Assembly (NCBI RefSeq): GCF_036321535.1
Contig: NC_087436.1
Location: 71,922,001 to 71,986,000 of the forward strand
Reading direction: 5' to 3'
Source: Camelus dromedarius
Lineage: Eukaryota
DNA: 64,000 bases
Made by a program: the position numbers and the translations under genes. Shown one piece after another: positions 14,984 through 29,651 of the stretch. The notes beneath the pieces are model-generated. The model did not search any database, was not told the DNA's origin, and was given only the letters and a program-made list of their open reading frames with translations. Within the stretch, counting starts at the first letter, position 1, and the number at the start of each line of letters is the position of its first letter.

Positions 14984-15090
14984 TAATCACTGTTTGAAAA
15001 GGCCCAATTATGATCTAGTGCAATGGTCTAAAAAGACTCATGCTTTATGAAATTCTAGAACACTGGTGACAAAGATTCAAAAGCTCCCAG

Positions 15091-15266
15091 CATGGGTAGC
15101 TACATAATTTCTGCTGTCCAGTGAAAAATCAGAATGTGGGGCTCCTTGTTCAACAATCATTAAGAATTTCGTGGCTGCAGCAGCAGAGCATTAAACTAAG
15201 TGTGGACTCCTTCTAGGTTCAGAACGCTGTATGATTGCTCAGGCCACGTGCCTATGAAGTGGCCAA
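15091..15266 (-). mobile_element. hAT DNA transposon remnant (MER45A-like)
   Basis: gctacataatt...gtggggctccttgttcaacaatcattaagaatttc...cagcagagcattaaac resembles the reverse complement of the recalled MER45A consensus. Confidence 0.7.
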
Positions 15267-15319
15267 GATCTTAGGAAGAAAAAAATATCAGGAAATCAGA
15301 ACAAACACCTCTCCCCTCC

Positions 15320-17595
15320 TCATTGTTCTAAGCTGTGAATTTAATTCTTACTTCACTCAGGATACAGAAGCAGTCAGAGGAGAACTATCTCATCTATCCA
15401 ACTCTAAAATTACCAGCCTGTCTTCCCCTAATCTTGAACTTTGCTTTCTCTTGTTCAGTGACTGAACTATCCTGGCTCCTGTCTAAAGCCCACCCTTCAA
15501 CTTGTGTGCTGGATCCCACAGCATCCAGCCTATTCAAGAGTTTTTCTCCTCCATTTAGCTCCTTTCTTCTGCATCATTAGGCTTTGCTTTTCATTTGGAT
15601 CATCCCCATCAGACTATAAATATCACCACCATCTTTAAAAAGTCTCACATGGCCCAAGACTTCTTCCAGCTCATTTCTCTGCACCCTTCATAGCAAAATT
15701 CAGGGAAAAAAAGAGTTGTCTTTACTTACTATTCCACTGTGACTTTGTAACTCCTACCTCAGTTGTCTCTTCTGTGCTTTAGTCACACTGATAGCCACGT
15801 GACTCTACCGAAACTCTTTTGTCAAAGTCAACAATGACCCCCATCTTTTCAAAACTAATGATCAAATCTCAGACCTCATTTTCCATTTTCCAAAGGGAGA
15901 TTTGAGATAACTGATCATTTTCTTACCCTTAATATAATAGGACATCATACTAGGGAGTAGTTTCCCTCCTATTTCACCAGCTACTTCTCTTTCCTTTGCT
16001 GACTCCTCCCATATGTCTGAGCTTGGACTTTTGGTGTAATCCAGAGCTCAGTCCTTGGTCTTCTTTTTCTCTTATCTAAGCAATTAATTTCATCTCATGG
16101 TATAATTACCATCTGGCATATCCCACATTTAAATCTGAAGGCTTGGCTTCTCCTCGGAGTTTAAATTTATATATCCAAACACATTTTTGAAATCTTCTTG
16201 GATGCCTAACATGTAACTGAGATATAACGTATTCAAAATAGTACTCAATTCCTTCTCCTAAATCTCCAATCTCACCAACCCCATAAAATGGACCTATCAT
16301 TTTCTCAGTCGCTTTGGCCAAAACATAGAAGTTACCCTTGATTCATCTCTGTCCCTTGCATGCTACATCGAATCCATCAGCCATTGTTATGTTGGTTTTA
16401 ATTCCAAGTATACATCCTGAATTTGATTGCTTCTCACCACTTCCACCACTACCCTAGACTCTCCCCTGAACTACTACAATAGCCCCTAAATATTCTCCCT
16501 CCTCCTTCCTATGTTTTCTCCCTATCCTCCATGTAGCAACCAGAGTAATGTTCACAAAACCCTATAGTGTAAGAAATATTGTTGTTACTGCCTTTTACAG
16601 ATGAGAGAATTGGGTCTGAAAATGGTTAAGAAGCTTATCCAAGGTCACACAGCCAGTAAATGGTGAAACTAGAATTTGAACCTTGATGCTTCTCTAGAGC
16701 ATCCTTCCCTCCTCTGACCCCTGTGTGCTTATGCTCTTTCATGTTTGTGTCTATGATGCCTATCTCTGTACCCTGAGTGGTACCTGACATGGCAGTAGGC
16801 ACTTAATAAATATTTGTTGAATTAATTAATGAACAGTACCTGGAACACAGTGACTACTCAATAAATGGCTTTTATGATAGACTACAAGCTCACCAGAAGT
16901 TAAGATTTTAGAGGGAGAATTTTATAACAAATCTTATTCACATAGAACTTTATAATTTGCTATTATATATACTATTATGTAGTATTTATCATGCAGGAGT
17001 ATTATTGTTTGCTATATTTTCTGCTCAAAACCCTACACTGCCTTTCCATTTCGCTCAGGGTAAATGTTGAAATCCTTTCAATGGATTATGGGATGCTGCA
17101 TGATCTGCTGCCTTTACCTTTCTGACTTCCTCTCCTTCTATTCTCTCTTCGTCTTTGGTTACTCTGTTTCAGACGCTCTGACTTTCTTAATATTTCTCAA
17201 ACACATCAGGGGCACTCCTGTTTCAGCGCCTTAGCACTAGTTGTGCCCTTTGTCTTGAACGCTTCTTCCCCACATACATATGTGGTACCTACCTTATCTC
17301 TTTCCAGTCTTTGCTCAATTACCACATTCTCAAAGAGGTCCACTCTTACTACCTTGTTTACAGTTGAAAGCAATCTTATGTTGCCTGCACTCCCAGTCTC
17401 CCTTAACCTGCTCTAATTTTAATTTGTTCATAGTGCTATGCACCCTCTAAAATAATATATAATTTACTTATCTACTATGCTAATATTGTCTATCTACTTG
17501 TGCTAGAATGTAAATTCCACAACAGTAAGAGTATCTTTTTAAATTTATAGACAGCAATAATATTTGTTGAATGAATGAATGAATGAATGAATGAA
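15320..17595 (+). mobile_element. LINE-2 remnants (with a MIR at about 16560-16700), ending in an (ATGA)n tail
   Basis: Pyrimidine-rich L2 3' sequence and the terminal aatatttgttgaatgaatgaatgaa at about 17560-17595. Confidence 0.7.
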
Positions 17596-18224
17596 TTGCA
17601 GTTGTAAAATAAGTTGAGAAAGTTATTTCCTTTATGTAGTATCGAGAATTTATATTTCTAGTTCTCATTTTATTAAGACCATATATGAACATTTTCTCGT
17701 TTATAGATAAATACTATGTATTTAAAAATGGTAAAATATGTTCCACCAAATTTGAAGGAACATTAAGGGCTATTAAAAATAAATGACTATTATTTATGAG
17801 TTGATTATCACAGCTAACCCCTGCATGAACAAGATGAGCTCTTTCTGTCCATCCATTACTAAAATAAAGTTCTTGAAGTCAAGTTACTTCACAAGGACTC
17901 TTTTAATTCTTTATGTTATCTCCTTACTTCAAGGTAGAAGTAACTTAATATTTGCAAGACTACTCTTCAACCATTTCTCAAATTTTGTTTTTTAACCATA
18001 CTACATGACTCTGTGAATTTTGTTAAGGCTAAAATGGTCTTACTTAGATAAGAAGGGAATTTTAAATTTATTTTTAATCTGTTTTTTGTCATGATTATTG
18101 ACCTAGGTCAGTGTTTTTCAAATTTTTTCGAACACCAATATGTAAATATAATGTACTTTGTATATTAAAACCTTAATATACACATGGATAAAAGCAGTTT
18201 TCTCTTTGTATAAATGTGTTGGGG

Positions 18225-18545
18225 TGGGGGGGTGCATGAGAAGAGGTTGGTAAGAAGATACAAATTTTCAGTTATAAAATGAAATAAGTTCTGAGAATTG
18301 AATGTACAGCATGATGACTGTAATACTGGTAATAGTTGATAACACTGTATTATATAATTGAAATTTACCAAGAGAGTAGATCTTAAGCATTCTTTCCAAA
18401 AGAAGGTAATTATATGAAGTGATGTGTTAATTAACTTTTTGTGGGGATCATTTCATAATGTACACATATATCAAATCATCACATTGCATATTTTAAACAT
18501 TTTACAATTTTATTCATCAATTATACTTCAGTAAAGCTGGGAAAA
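18225..18545 (+). mobile_element. LINE-1 3'UTR end (L1MA/MB-like)
   Basis: tacaaattttcagttataaaatgaaataagttctgag...tcaattatacttcagtaaagctgggaaaaaa. Confidence 0.75.
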
Positions 18546-21500
18546 AAGGAAAATTAGTTGCAAATGTTAATAGTTAAAAATAAAGCAAAAAGAAAAACAG
18601 CATGATTTGTAACCTTAAAATAACTGTGGTTAATAGGAATAATAGAATCATTTCATTTCATAACTACCTCACCAACAATATCTAAGAGCTACTTACATTA
18701 TTTATCATAAATATACCATAAAGGAAACATCTCAGATTTACAGTGAGTGATAAAATTATGATACTCTCATGATGCCAGTTACTGGAAATTCACTTGTCTT
18801 TGCACATGTGATTATTATGATTTGAGAAAAGTATGTACTAGGCAGATATCCTAAAGCTTTATTGACATTTACTTGAGCATGGCACATACATTTCTAAGTA
18901 TTAATTTGTATATTTCTTCCCCTCAAATTCCTCAACCAGGGCTCACAAAATTCTTTCACTTGTAACTCAAGAATATTTTCTTTTTTTGCCAGTATGCTAC
19001 TATTGAGGGGGAGGAGAGGTGCAGAAATATGGAAGAATATGGATGGATCATTGAAGAGCAAATTTTTCTACCTTAGGAGATGAAATACTCATGACTAGAA
19101 AAGAGATAAGAGAAGGAATGATGCATACCACTGTCTTCCCCCAGCCAGCCAAAGCAGACCTCCCTCATATGTTCTAGCACCAGGAAGCTGCACAGAACCT
19201 GGATGAGTTCCATGTTGTTCTATTGTTGTCAGTGTCAAAGCCAGCCACCAAAATGGTATGTTCTCCATCATTTATCCAGTTTGGCCTGGCATCCGCTGTA
19301 CCTCGAAGCTCTACTCAACCCCGCCCCTGCCCCCATCAGATAATCTACCTGACAGTGGCCCAGAACACTTGTAATGCACACAGTCTCAAAAGTAACTTTG
19401 GTCACTTTAAGAGGTGATAGGGACTTGAAGCCAGATATTTCCCTTGACCCAAGAGGAACTAAATTGAATCAGTTTGAAATTGCCTATTCATCTGGGAGAG
19501 CAGCCAAACAGAATGAATCTTCTACAGAATTTTGTATACTTGGATAGATCCAGTTCTGAATTTTAGGAAAGCACTATTACAAACTTTCAACCTTCTTAAG
19601 CAATGACATTTTTTAAAAAGTTCTAATATATACATAGAGAAGATTTTTCCTAGATTGATATGAAAATAAGCTGCCTTGGCCATAGAAATCAAAGTCTTCA
19701 ATTTGGATATAAAAACATTGCATAAAATGTGTTTATATATAATATATTTTATATACAATGGCCATAACATACATAGATATGTGTGTGTATACACACATAC
19801 ATACAGTTTAAACTTTATATATATTTAAAAAGAAGTAAAGCAAGTCAAATATTTGCAGAATATCTAAAGCACGCCTGGGTCCATAGAACATAACTTGAAA
19901 AATTTCTGTTCTAGATACTGGATACAAGGATAAGCAAGAGATGTCTGCTTGAAAGAACCACATATTCATAGAGATGCTTTTCAATAAAATGTACATTAAT
20001 ATAGCTTGTTGTCTGGTTTCCAACTAGAATGAGAATGATTGCTTTTGCAAAGGGTAGATTTTCTGTTTTGTTTTTCTTTAATTTCCTTAATATCAATTCT
20101 ATCATTCTTCAGTGCTTACAGAAAAGTTTCATGTACAATGATTGAGATTTAATGTTGGATTTAAAAACTTCAAAGCTAGATGTAATTTCTGAAGAATGCT
20201 CCTGATATTTCTCATTTTCCCCAGTTGCTATAACCAGTTGTAGCTCAACTACATGAGAAAGTATCTGAAATACATAATTTCAGGTGTCAGCTATATTTCC
20301 TGGGATTTTTATGATGGTGTAGGAAAATTTACCAGTACTAAGATTCACAAGACTACTTCATGTCTTAAATATTTGTTCAATTTTAGTTTCAATTATTTTT
20401 GAATAAGTAATACACTTATATGATTCAAATTTTTACAAAGGCATAAGCAAATATTCACTGAATAGTATCATTCTGTAACTGTTCCACAGTCATCTGGCTC
20501 CTCTCCCAGGAATCAACTAGTGTTCCCATTTTCCTGCATATCCTTCCAAATAGTTTGAATCAAGTCAGATTGTTTTACCATGAGTCAGTCAATACTTGTA
20601 TGCCCCTCCTGACACACTATTTTTAAAAGCTATCTTATTTTATTATACACTTTGATTTTTCCCTAAACAATACCTTAGAGTTAGTTTCATATGTTTCATA
20701 AAAGTTTTTTTTCTTTCTTTGTGTAGTGAATAGTATTCCATTGAATTAATGCAATATTGCATTTAGATGTGGAAGATCATTTTAAAATCAGGATTAAATC
20801 ATTCTTAGTGTGGAATGTTGTTGGAAGAATATGACTTAGTAAGGGATATCTGACTATCCCACAGATGATTTTAGACACATGAAAGATTGAGACCAACCCC
20901 CCTAGAATGGTAGTAGGATCACACATGTGTTACTTTGGTTTATATTTATCTGATGACTTCAGAATGGCAAATGATAATCAGTAGATTATTTCCCATTTAA
21001 ACTCTACCCTGCAAGGCCAGATATTTTAAAATCTCATTGAACATCAAATTTAGATGTAAATAAAGGGTCATAGAGGAAATTATCTCTATGCAATTGAGAA
21101 AAGGAAGCTCATATAAAAAAAAAAAAAAAAGGAAAGTTAGTAACTCATATCTTGTGTGGAAGTCCCATAAATGACAAAGCTCTGTTTGAAATAAAGGAGA
21201 CATTGTACTTTGTTTAGAGTGATGAGAAAACATTGGGAATAAGAGTGGACAAAGTAGAAAGAAAGGATGTTTGTCCTGGTTTGTTTTTGTTTTTGTTTTT
21301 TTTTGTAGGGAGAGTGAGCTCTACTTTGGTAATAAGTGACCTCTAATCTCTTGGTTAGTATTTCATGGCTAAGTCAACAGGCTCTTGGTAGAGCTGTAAA
21401 TTTTGTGGTAGAGCATGTAGTCGACAAACATGTGTGGGTGGCTTCTCTGGGAAAAGACACATTGTGAATATCCTAGATTACTTTTCCATGTGACATTGAA

Positions 21501-22377
21501 CTTACTGATTAAACTGTTGCCAAAGGGACTGTTACGCCCAAATGGTTTGGGCTGCTCTGCTTGAGACCTGTCCAGGACACCATGTTTTTATCACAAGGTA
21601 GACCAAGGAGGTCAGTATGATGATCAAAATGATGGTCACTGTTCAGCACTTCATTTCACTTCTGATTTGGAGCCAACCTAAAGAAATGATTAGGATTCAG
21701 CTTTCCAAATCTACCAAATATATATGTATTTTACTGCTCTGGAGTACTGTTTAATCTCCTCTTCAGTATTTCTGCATTTAACTCTCCTATTCCATAAGAT
21801 TCTACAGCGTACTATCTACACGGGGAGAAAATGCTAAACTTCAACAGTCTGCACCTAATTAAGATAAAGCTCTGTGAGGACTGTATTTGGCTACACTCAG
21901 ATGCAATGTATTCACCAAATAGGGTTGTTCTGTCCTGACTTCAAACCCATGAGCTGGGTGTATAAGCTTAGTGCATGTACTTCTCCTTCATTTATGTAAA
22001 ATGTGATTATAAATTAGCAAGACACAATGTTGTCGATCATATTAAGAACTCTATCATTAGCTCATTGTGTTAATTTCTGCTCTGTGAGGGTTCCTTCACA
22101 TTGGCCCAGCGGATGCCTTGTGAGGGAAACTTCTTTCTGAGGGTTCCAAATGGGAAGCAGTAGAAACTGTCTTTGCCTTCTTCCTCAACATACCTAGTTT
22201 CCATCTTCTTATTTCTTACTTCCCTTGTTAGAAATAATAGATATCACAGTGACATTAGCCATGAATTTCCCTTTTGCTTTTCCTATTCTTCCTCTGGAAA
22301 GACTCTTCATTTCATTCCTAGGTAGAATTGAATGTCCCTTATTCACATGAAAAGTTCTCTCTATCTAAATCTTAAAA

Positions 22378-22416
22378 AACAAACAAACAAACAAACAAAC
22401 AAACAAACAAACAAAC
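22378..22416. repeat. (CAAA)n microsatellite
   Basis: About 10 tandem aaac units, read directly. Confidence 0.95.
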
Positions 22417-23876
22417 GCAATGTAAATCGAGACCAGTCAAGTTCTGGTTTTGATATGTGGATGAACAAGATTAGAGAGTAAATCTTTCTCTCTAAACAAA
22501 AATATCTCAAGATTACTGTGTCACTTGAAATTCCTATAATGATAGGTGAATATTAACACTGCTTTTTTTTTTTTTTTGCATTCCTGCTATAACAGTTTTA
22601 ATTCTCCACAAGGCACTGAATAGTGAGAAGATCATATACAAGAAAGGGAAAGAGAAAATATTTCAAGAAGTATTGTGGTTAGTAAATGTCTATATTTTCA
22701 TGTGTATGTTTGTTTATCTGCCTCTACCGTCTTGCCTTCAGTCAACTGGCTTTTTTTCTTAACATTTGCTTTAGAAGTAATTGTATTCTCTCACTCCACG
22801 GTTCTTCTCTCTCTGTCTCTAGGAGACCCTTGTGGATCACTATTGGTATCCAGATCTTTATGGATATACTTCTTTTACCTTCACTTAGCTTATGCCATCA
22901 CTAAGTTCACTGTTTCCTCTTATCCAACTCTGTTCTCCATTTGGCATATCTGAATTCCCAATCTTTTAATCCTGTTTCTTACCTCTTGTATATACTTCCT
23001 TCCCCTAATTGAGACCTGGCTCTCCACTTCATTGATAAGCATTTACTGAACACCAGTTATGCACAACCTTCTATTTTGTCACATTGTATATCACCAATCT
23101 GTTGAATTTTCACTGCCCAAAAAGAGCCTGCATTTTTTATCCCAAGTTGGTGGGGTCATTCAGATTCTGAGAGGCTCTCATTTCTAGGGTGAAGAGATGC
23201 TGCTTCCCTTTGTGTACCAAGCACAAGAGTCCAGCACATTATTAGTTTGGATTTAGTTTTTTAGGCAATGGAGTGTCATTCCAAATTTTTGAGCAGAAAG
23301 AGAGTAGTGATTGCACACAATATTCTAGGAAGATATTTGTGGGAGTAATGTGCAGGATTGTTTATAATTTGAAGTATGTATATCCATTAATCCATTACTG
23401 CGGTAACACTGAGAAAGAGAGTAAATATAGAGACCAAAATAAGCAAGAATTAAATGATTTCTGACTGTTCAATAGAAGGTAAAGAAGTCCTTGGTTAGAA
23501 GATAGAAAGAAGAGTTGTCAGCAAATAAGAAAGAGAACAGTTGGTTCAAGAAGAAGATGGAGAACTAGAATAATGTAATTTCATGAACGTCAACATAAAA
23601 GAAGTGAGCCAAATGCCATTGATGAGGTCCTTTTATATGCATGAAATATGTAAAAAATATTTTCCTACTGGGGTTGAATACTTGACTTGAGATGCAGTCT
23701 CAGAGCTGTCGTGGGGGTGGAAAGCATTTGAAGGATACTGAAGAGGAAATGAGTAGTTGTCACATAGGTGTCATTATCAGGTAATTGTGCAGGTGGGAAC
23801 TATGGCTATGACACTTTGCTTTAGGTAGGATCTCACTACAAGGTGTGCTGAAAATTCCTGTTAAGAATTGAGCTCT

Positions 23877-25306
23877 TTTTTTAAATTGAAGGATCATCAG
23901 TTTAAAATGTTGTGTCAGTTTCTGGTGTACAGCATAATCGTTCAGTCATACATATACATACATACCTTCATTTTCAAATTCTGTTTCATTATAGGTTACT
24001 ATAAGAGATTGAATATAGTTCCATGTGCTTATAGTATAAACTTGTTGTTTATCTATTTTATGTATAGTAGTCAGTATCTGCAAATCTCAAACTCCCAATT
24101 TAATCCCTTCCCACCCCCTTCTCCCTGGAAATCTGTTTGTTTTCTCTGTATGTGAGTCTGTTTCTATTTTGTTAATCAGTTCATGTGTCTTTTTTTTTTA
24201 ATTCCACATATAAATGATATCATATGGCATTTTTATTTCTCTTTCTGGCTTACTTCACTTAGAATGACATTCTCCAGGTCCATCCATGTTGCTGCAAATG
24301 GCGTTATTTTATTTTTTTATGGCTGAGTAGTATTCCATTGTGTAAATATACCACAGCTTCTTTATCTAGTCATCTGTCGATGGACATTTATGTTGTTTCC
24401 ATGTCTTGGCTATTGTAAACAGTGCTGCTATGAATATTGGGGTGCATGTATCTTTTCAAATTAAAGTTCCCTCTAGATATAAGCCCAGGAGTGGGATTGC
24501 TGGATCATATGGTAGGTCTATTTTTAGTCTTTTGAGGAATCTCCATATTGTTTTCCATTCCCACCAACAGGGTAGGAGGGTTGCCTTTCCTTCACACCCT
24601 CTCCAGCATTTACTGTTTGTGGACTTCTTAATGATGGCCATTCTGACTGGTGTGAGTGATACCTCATTGTAGTTTTGATTTGCATTTCTCTGATAATTAG
24701 TGATAGTGAGCATTTTTTCATGTGCCTATTGGCCATTTGTATGTCTTCATGCTTGTTTAGGTCTTCTGCCCATTTTTGGATTCAGTTTGTTGTTTGTTTT
24801 ATTATTAAGTTGTATGAGCTATTTATATATATTAGAAATTAAGCTCTTGTCAGTCTCATCTTTTGCAAATATTTTCTCCCATTTCATAGGTTGTCTTTTT
24901 GTTTTGCTTATGGTTTCCTTTGCTGTGCAAAAGCTTGTAAGTTTAATTGGGTCCCCCTTGTTTATTTTTGCTTTTATTTCTATTGCCTGGGTAGACTGCC
25001 CTAGGAGAACATTGCTAAGATTTATGTCAGAAAGTATTTTGCCTATGTTTTCTTCTAAGAGGTTTATAGTATCTTGTCTTATGTTTAAGTCTTTAAGCTA
25101 TTTTGAGTTTATTTTTGTGTATGATGTGAGGGAGTATTCTAACTTCATTTATTTACATGTAGCTGTCCAATTTTTCCCACACCATTTGCTGAAGAGACTG
25201 TCTTTACTCCATTGTAAGTTCTTGCATCCTTTGTCAAAGATTAATTGACCAAAAGTTTGTGGGTTTATTTCTGGGCTCTCTGTTCTGTTCCATTGATCCA
25301 TATGTC
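23877..25306 (-). mobile_element. 5'-truncated lineage-specific LINE-1 with TSD
   Basis: ORF2 C-terminal peptides on the minus strand; flanked by aagaattgagctct (23863-23876) and aagaaatgagctct (25307-25320); poly(T) at the left end. Confidence 0.92.
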
Positions 25307-27859
25307 AAGAAATGAGCTCTACATATTGATTCATGTGCCTTACAGGGGTGGGAGGCCTCAAGACTTCCCATTTTGTATCATTCTGTTATGCGTAGAGAGG
25401 CCTGCCTCTGCTACTACCCAGGCACCCTGGACCCCTAAGACTTTTTGCCAGAGTAGGAGTGAGGCTTGCAGAGCTCCAGGTTTCCTTACACTCCCCTGGT
25501 CTGCTTGACTATGCTGTTTTTTCTTTTGTTATTTGTTCGTTTGTTTTATTTTTGGGAGAGGAATTATAAAATTGTAAATGTTCCTAGATTTTAAAACAAT
25601 TTTCTCTTTAGTTACTATAATAAAAGAGGATCTTCCTGCATTTCTCTTTGCTCTGATGGAATACCAGCCAGCTTAAAACAGGGATTAGAAAATCAACTGT
25701 CTACCAAGACTAGACAGGTATGACACAAAAGCATGAATTAGGCTATGTATAAGACTATTGAGAGTGGTGTTCCTGTAGTAAACTGGATAGGGTGTTCTCC
25801 ACCCAATGGAGTTAAAATTGAAATACTTTTAAAATGCTCTTTACTGCAGGTAAGCAGCATGAAAAATGTATGCATTTGAACAACATGTTTTGAGGGTGCT
25901 TCTGTTAGATTGAGATGTAGAGGGAAGGACCTTCTGCTGAGTTTCTGCTCCTGTCACATCACAGGCCAGTCACACAACTTGCTCTATATCAAATGGCTGT
26001 GTAGGTGGAACTTCAAATTTCATATCATATCTTTGCTCATCGTGATTGAGTTAAAGTTTAGGAAATGAAAAGGCAGTAAGAGTAGTTCACTGTATTGTCA
26101 CTATGATTGGCCAAGTGTCATCAGAGGGCTTGGACTGGGTGATTTTTTTACATTGTTAATACTTGAATTTATTCTAACCCCTACCCACTTATAGCCTAGT
26201 CTGAAACAGTAGAAAAACTTAGGCGAAAAGCAAAAGCAGACATGTTTAAAACCTCAATAAGAGAATACTGTTAGAGTTTAACACACCTGCTTATTTTCTC
26301 TTTGGCATTTATATTCCAAGATGAAATAATTATAGGCCAATAATATTGTTAATATTCTGAACATTTTTGTCAATGTTTGTGGGTAATTAACTTCATTTAT
26401 TTAATAAAATAATTTAAACTTTCTTTGCTATAGAATTAAATGTAGCTTTAGTTTATCAAGGGATTATATTTTTCCTATAAAATGTGCCTATGATATTTTC
26501 ATGAAATTCAACAGAAAAATAGAATTACACTGCCAGAAATTTGCTTAGAAACACCTGCGTTTGAATAAAGGATATTGTGAAGCAGGAAGAATGAGATTTT
26601 ATGATCTCTGAATAAGATACTTTAAAGTTAAGTTCTAATAGCTATAACTCCAGATTATATAGGATCATTCTCTTGAAGAGTAAAATAGAGAGGCAAAGAT
26701 GTTTTTTTCATATAAAGTGTAAGTGAGAGAAAAGTTAGGAAATTTGAATATTTTTTCAGCCTGGGGACTATTCGAGTTTGTTTGCACTATTCCACTCAAT
26801 TCCTTACCACGGCAATTTTCCATTTGCAGGGGACAGCACTCATTAAACAGCATGTGTGTATGTCCAAGGGTTTGTTTAACTTAAAGAGATACAGTATCTT
26901 CAAATTTTCCAAACAAAAATGGCCAGTTCAAAGTTCTATGACCAGTGGCATGTAAACTGAAGCAATCAGTGCAAGTCTGGTGATGCTTTGTTAAAATTTC
27001 AAAGGTTACCATGCTGTGGTTTTAGAATTTGTTTAGAGAGAAGCAGTGATAACCTTGACTCTCTCTCAATGGAAGTACAAGTTTATTAATCTGAGGCCCA
27101 TCATCTACATTTTAATCATTAATGTTTACCTCGAGATGCAGGTAATCATATTCTACCATACGTTATTTGGTTCCACAGATGGGTGACTATATTTTATGTT
27201 TGCTTTTTCCATGCCCCACAATTTTAAATTGTTCCTTTTAGAGTTTAATTTTAATTCAGTTTTACTCAACTCAGTATCAGGTGGCCTAACACAGTCATTG
27301 GTGACCTTCAGTGGTCTCTGTGCAAACAACAGGCTTGCAACTTGATTACTAAACTCAAGTTTAGACTTTTTCCTGTTTAGTTTCTTAGTTGTGGTAACAG
27401 AAATATCTATAAACCAGATATCTTGCTTTTTTTAATTGAAGAGATCTTTTGTGAACTGGCTAACAAAGACTGTGAGCCAGATCTGCTGAAGGCCTTCAAA
27501 AGTCAGGAGGGAAATTCAAATGAAATTCAGACTGTAATAAGAAGGATGGCAAAAAAATCTGAATTCCTCATGGGACCTCCACTTTTAAAATATAATAGCA
27601 AGTATCATTATAATATTGAGTGGAACTTCAGGGTTATATTATTTTTTTTCAAGGTTAGGTTACTTTAACCATAGTTAAATCAAGTTTGCAACATCAGGAG
27701 TTTTGAGTCACATTTCCTTCCAGAACTCTGACAACACACTTGTGGTCCACCCTGCCCCCTGACCTTAGTTAATGTGTAGGGAATCTGAAGAGTTCTGTGA
27801 GTCTGAAATAATCAGTGTTAAGCATATGGATAAAGTCTGTGGGCTCTGTGAATCTCAGG

Positions 27860-28110
27860 CATGCAGTAGAATAGATGGCAAAGAGAACTGATGCTAAAGC
27901 CCAGCTGCCTGGGTTTGCATCCTGACCCAACTACTTACTAGCTAGCCGTGCACCCTGGAACAAGCTAAACTACTTAACCTAATGCTTCATGCTCCTCGTC
28001 CATTAAATGACCCATTATAATAGTACGTGCCTCAATTGTGAGGATTGAATGCGGGCATAGGTGTAAAGTGATTAGAACATGGCCTGGTCCATCATAAGTG
28101 CTATTTAAGT
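27860..28110. mobile_element. MIR SINE
   Basis: ctgcctgggtttgcatcctgacc...acttactagc...tacttaacc...ttgtgaggattgaatg...gtgtaaagtgattagaaca. Confidence 0.7.
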
Positions 28111-28914
28111 GTTTCTTTGGAGGAATAAACACCCATTTCCCCTGCCTGATGCTGTACAGCCCTACTCTTAGGGACTTGCTAGTTTTTAGACATGGAGAGA
28201 AAAATCTGCACTTTATAGTGGTTTCAGAGAAATCAAAATTGTGGAAAGTACTTTATGCGTCATCCAACCCCATCCCTTCATTTTATAGATGAGGAAAAAT
28301 TGAGACTCAAAGAAGTTTAATTACTTGTCCAACATCACTTTAAATAAACTCCTATTAGGCAGGTAAACCCATTATAGCTTTGTTACTGATGGATATCCTA
28401 ATCTATCTGGGATTATGAAATATCCAGATTGCTTGAGCCCCCTTGAATTACAAAGACCCACCAAGCTGAACTGAGATCTAAGAGCTTCAATTTACCCAGT
28501 GCTACAAAGGGAATAAGAAAACCTAAGTAAAGCTTGAGTTTCCTGATTTGCATTTACTGTCTTTCTCTGATTCAAGATGTAAGATCAAGAAAAACCTATT
28601 TAAAAAGAGTATTCTGACTGTATTAGATAAAACACTAGAAAAAATTTTATTGCAATGCTTGCTTCAGCATGAAAACTCCTAAGTACATAAATTAACTAAA
28701 TTTAGTTTAATTCAATTATCCATAAAAAATCTTGTATGCCATACTGGGGAAAGCACACATAAAGAGATAAGCAGTAACAGATGTGTGTATTAAGGGAGAG
28801 CTATTCCTTATATGGAGCATTTCTAAAAAAGTATTTTTTCCCTAAGATTTTGATGTATGTTAGTTCTTTGTTGGAGCTAATTGAGTCTCTTCTTGACCCT
28901 CAGATGAGTTTACT

Positions 28915-29651
28915 TTTTTAAAAATTAAAGTATAGTCAGTTACAATGAATCAATTTCTTGTGTACAGCATATTGTCCCAGTCATAAATATATATACATAT
29001 ATTTATTTTCATATTTTTTCATTAAAGGTTATTACAAGATATTCAGTATAGTTTCCTGTGCTATACAAAAGAAATTTTTTTAATCTATTTTTATATGTAG
29101 CGGTTAACCTTTGCAAATCTCAAACTCCCAAATTTATTCCTTCCCACCCTCTTCCACTGGTAACTATAAAATTGTTTACCATGTTTACGAGTCTGTTTCT
29201 ATTTTGTAGATGAGTTCATTAGTGTTCTCATTTTTGTTTGTTTCTTTCTTTTTCTTTTTCTTTTTCTTTTTTTTGTTTAGATTCCACATATGAGTGATAT
29301 CACAAGGTATTTTTCTTTCTCTTTCTGACTTACTTCACTTAGAATGATGATCTCCAGGTCCATCCATATTGGGGCAGATGGCATTATTTTATTACTTTTT
29401 ATGGCTGAGTAGAATTCCATTGTATAAATATACTACATCTTCTTTATCCAGTCATCTGTTGTTGGACATTTAGGTTGCTTCCATGGCTTGGCTATTGTAA
29501 ATAGTGCTGCTATGAACATTGGGGCTCATGTATCTTTTCAAATTAAAGTTCCCTCCAGAAATATGCCTAGGAGTGGAATTGCTGGATCATAGGGTAAGTC
29601 TATTTTTAGACTTCTGAGGGATTTCCATACTATTTTCCATAATGGCTGCAC
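28915..29651 (-). mobile_element. Lineage-specific LINE-1 3' end
   Basis: Close similarity to the 23.9-24.6 kb L1 copy and to the reverse complement of the 30.7-31.3 kb copy. Confidence 0.9.

Larger units (their letters stand above)
13900..15310 (+). mobile_element. HAL1/L1 ORF1-like ancient LINE remnant, interrupted by two DNA transposons
   Basis: A-rich degenerate ORF1-like sequence (ctcagaaagtagaacaaaac...gataagaaaactagag...gaatttccttagacctgaagga); boundaries approximate. Confidence 0.55.

Noticed and set aside
24700..25248. 182-aa hydrophobic ORF (and similar ORFs at 43.8-44.5 kb)
   Set aside because: Antisense frames of L1 ORF2, a common artefact.
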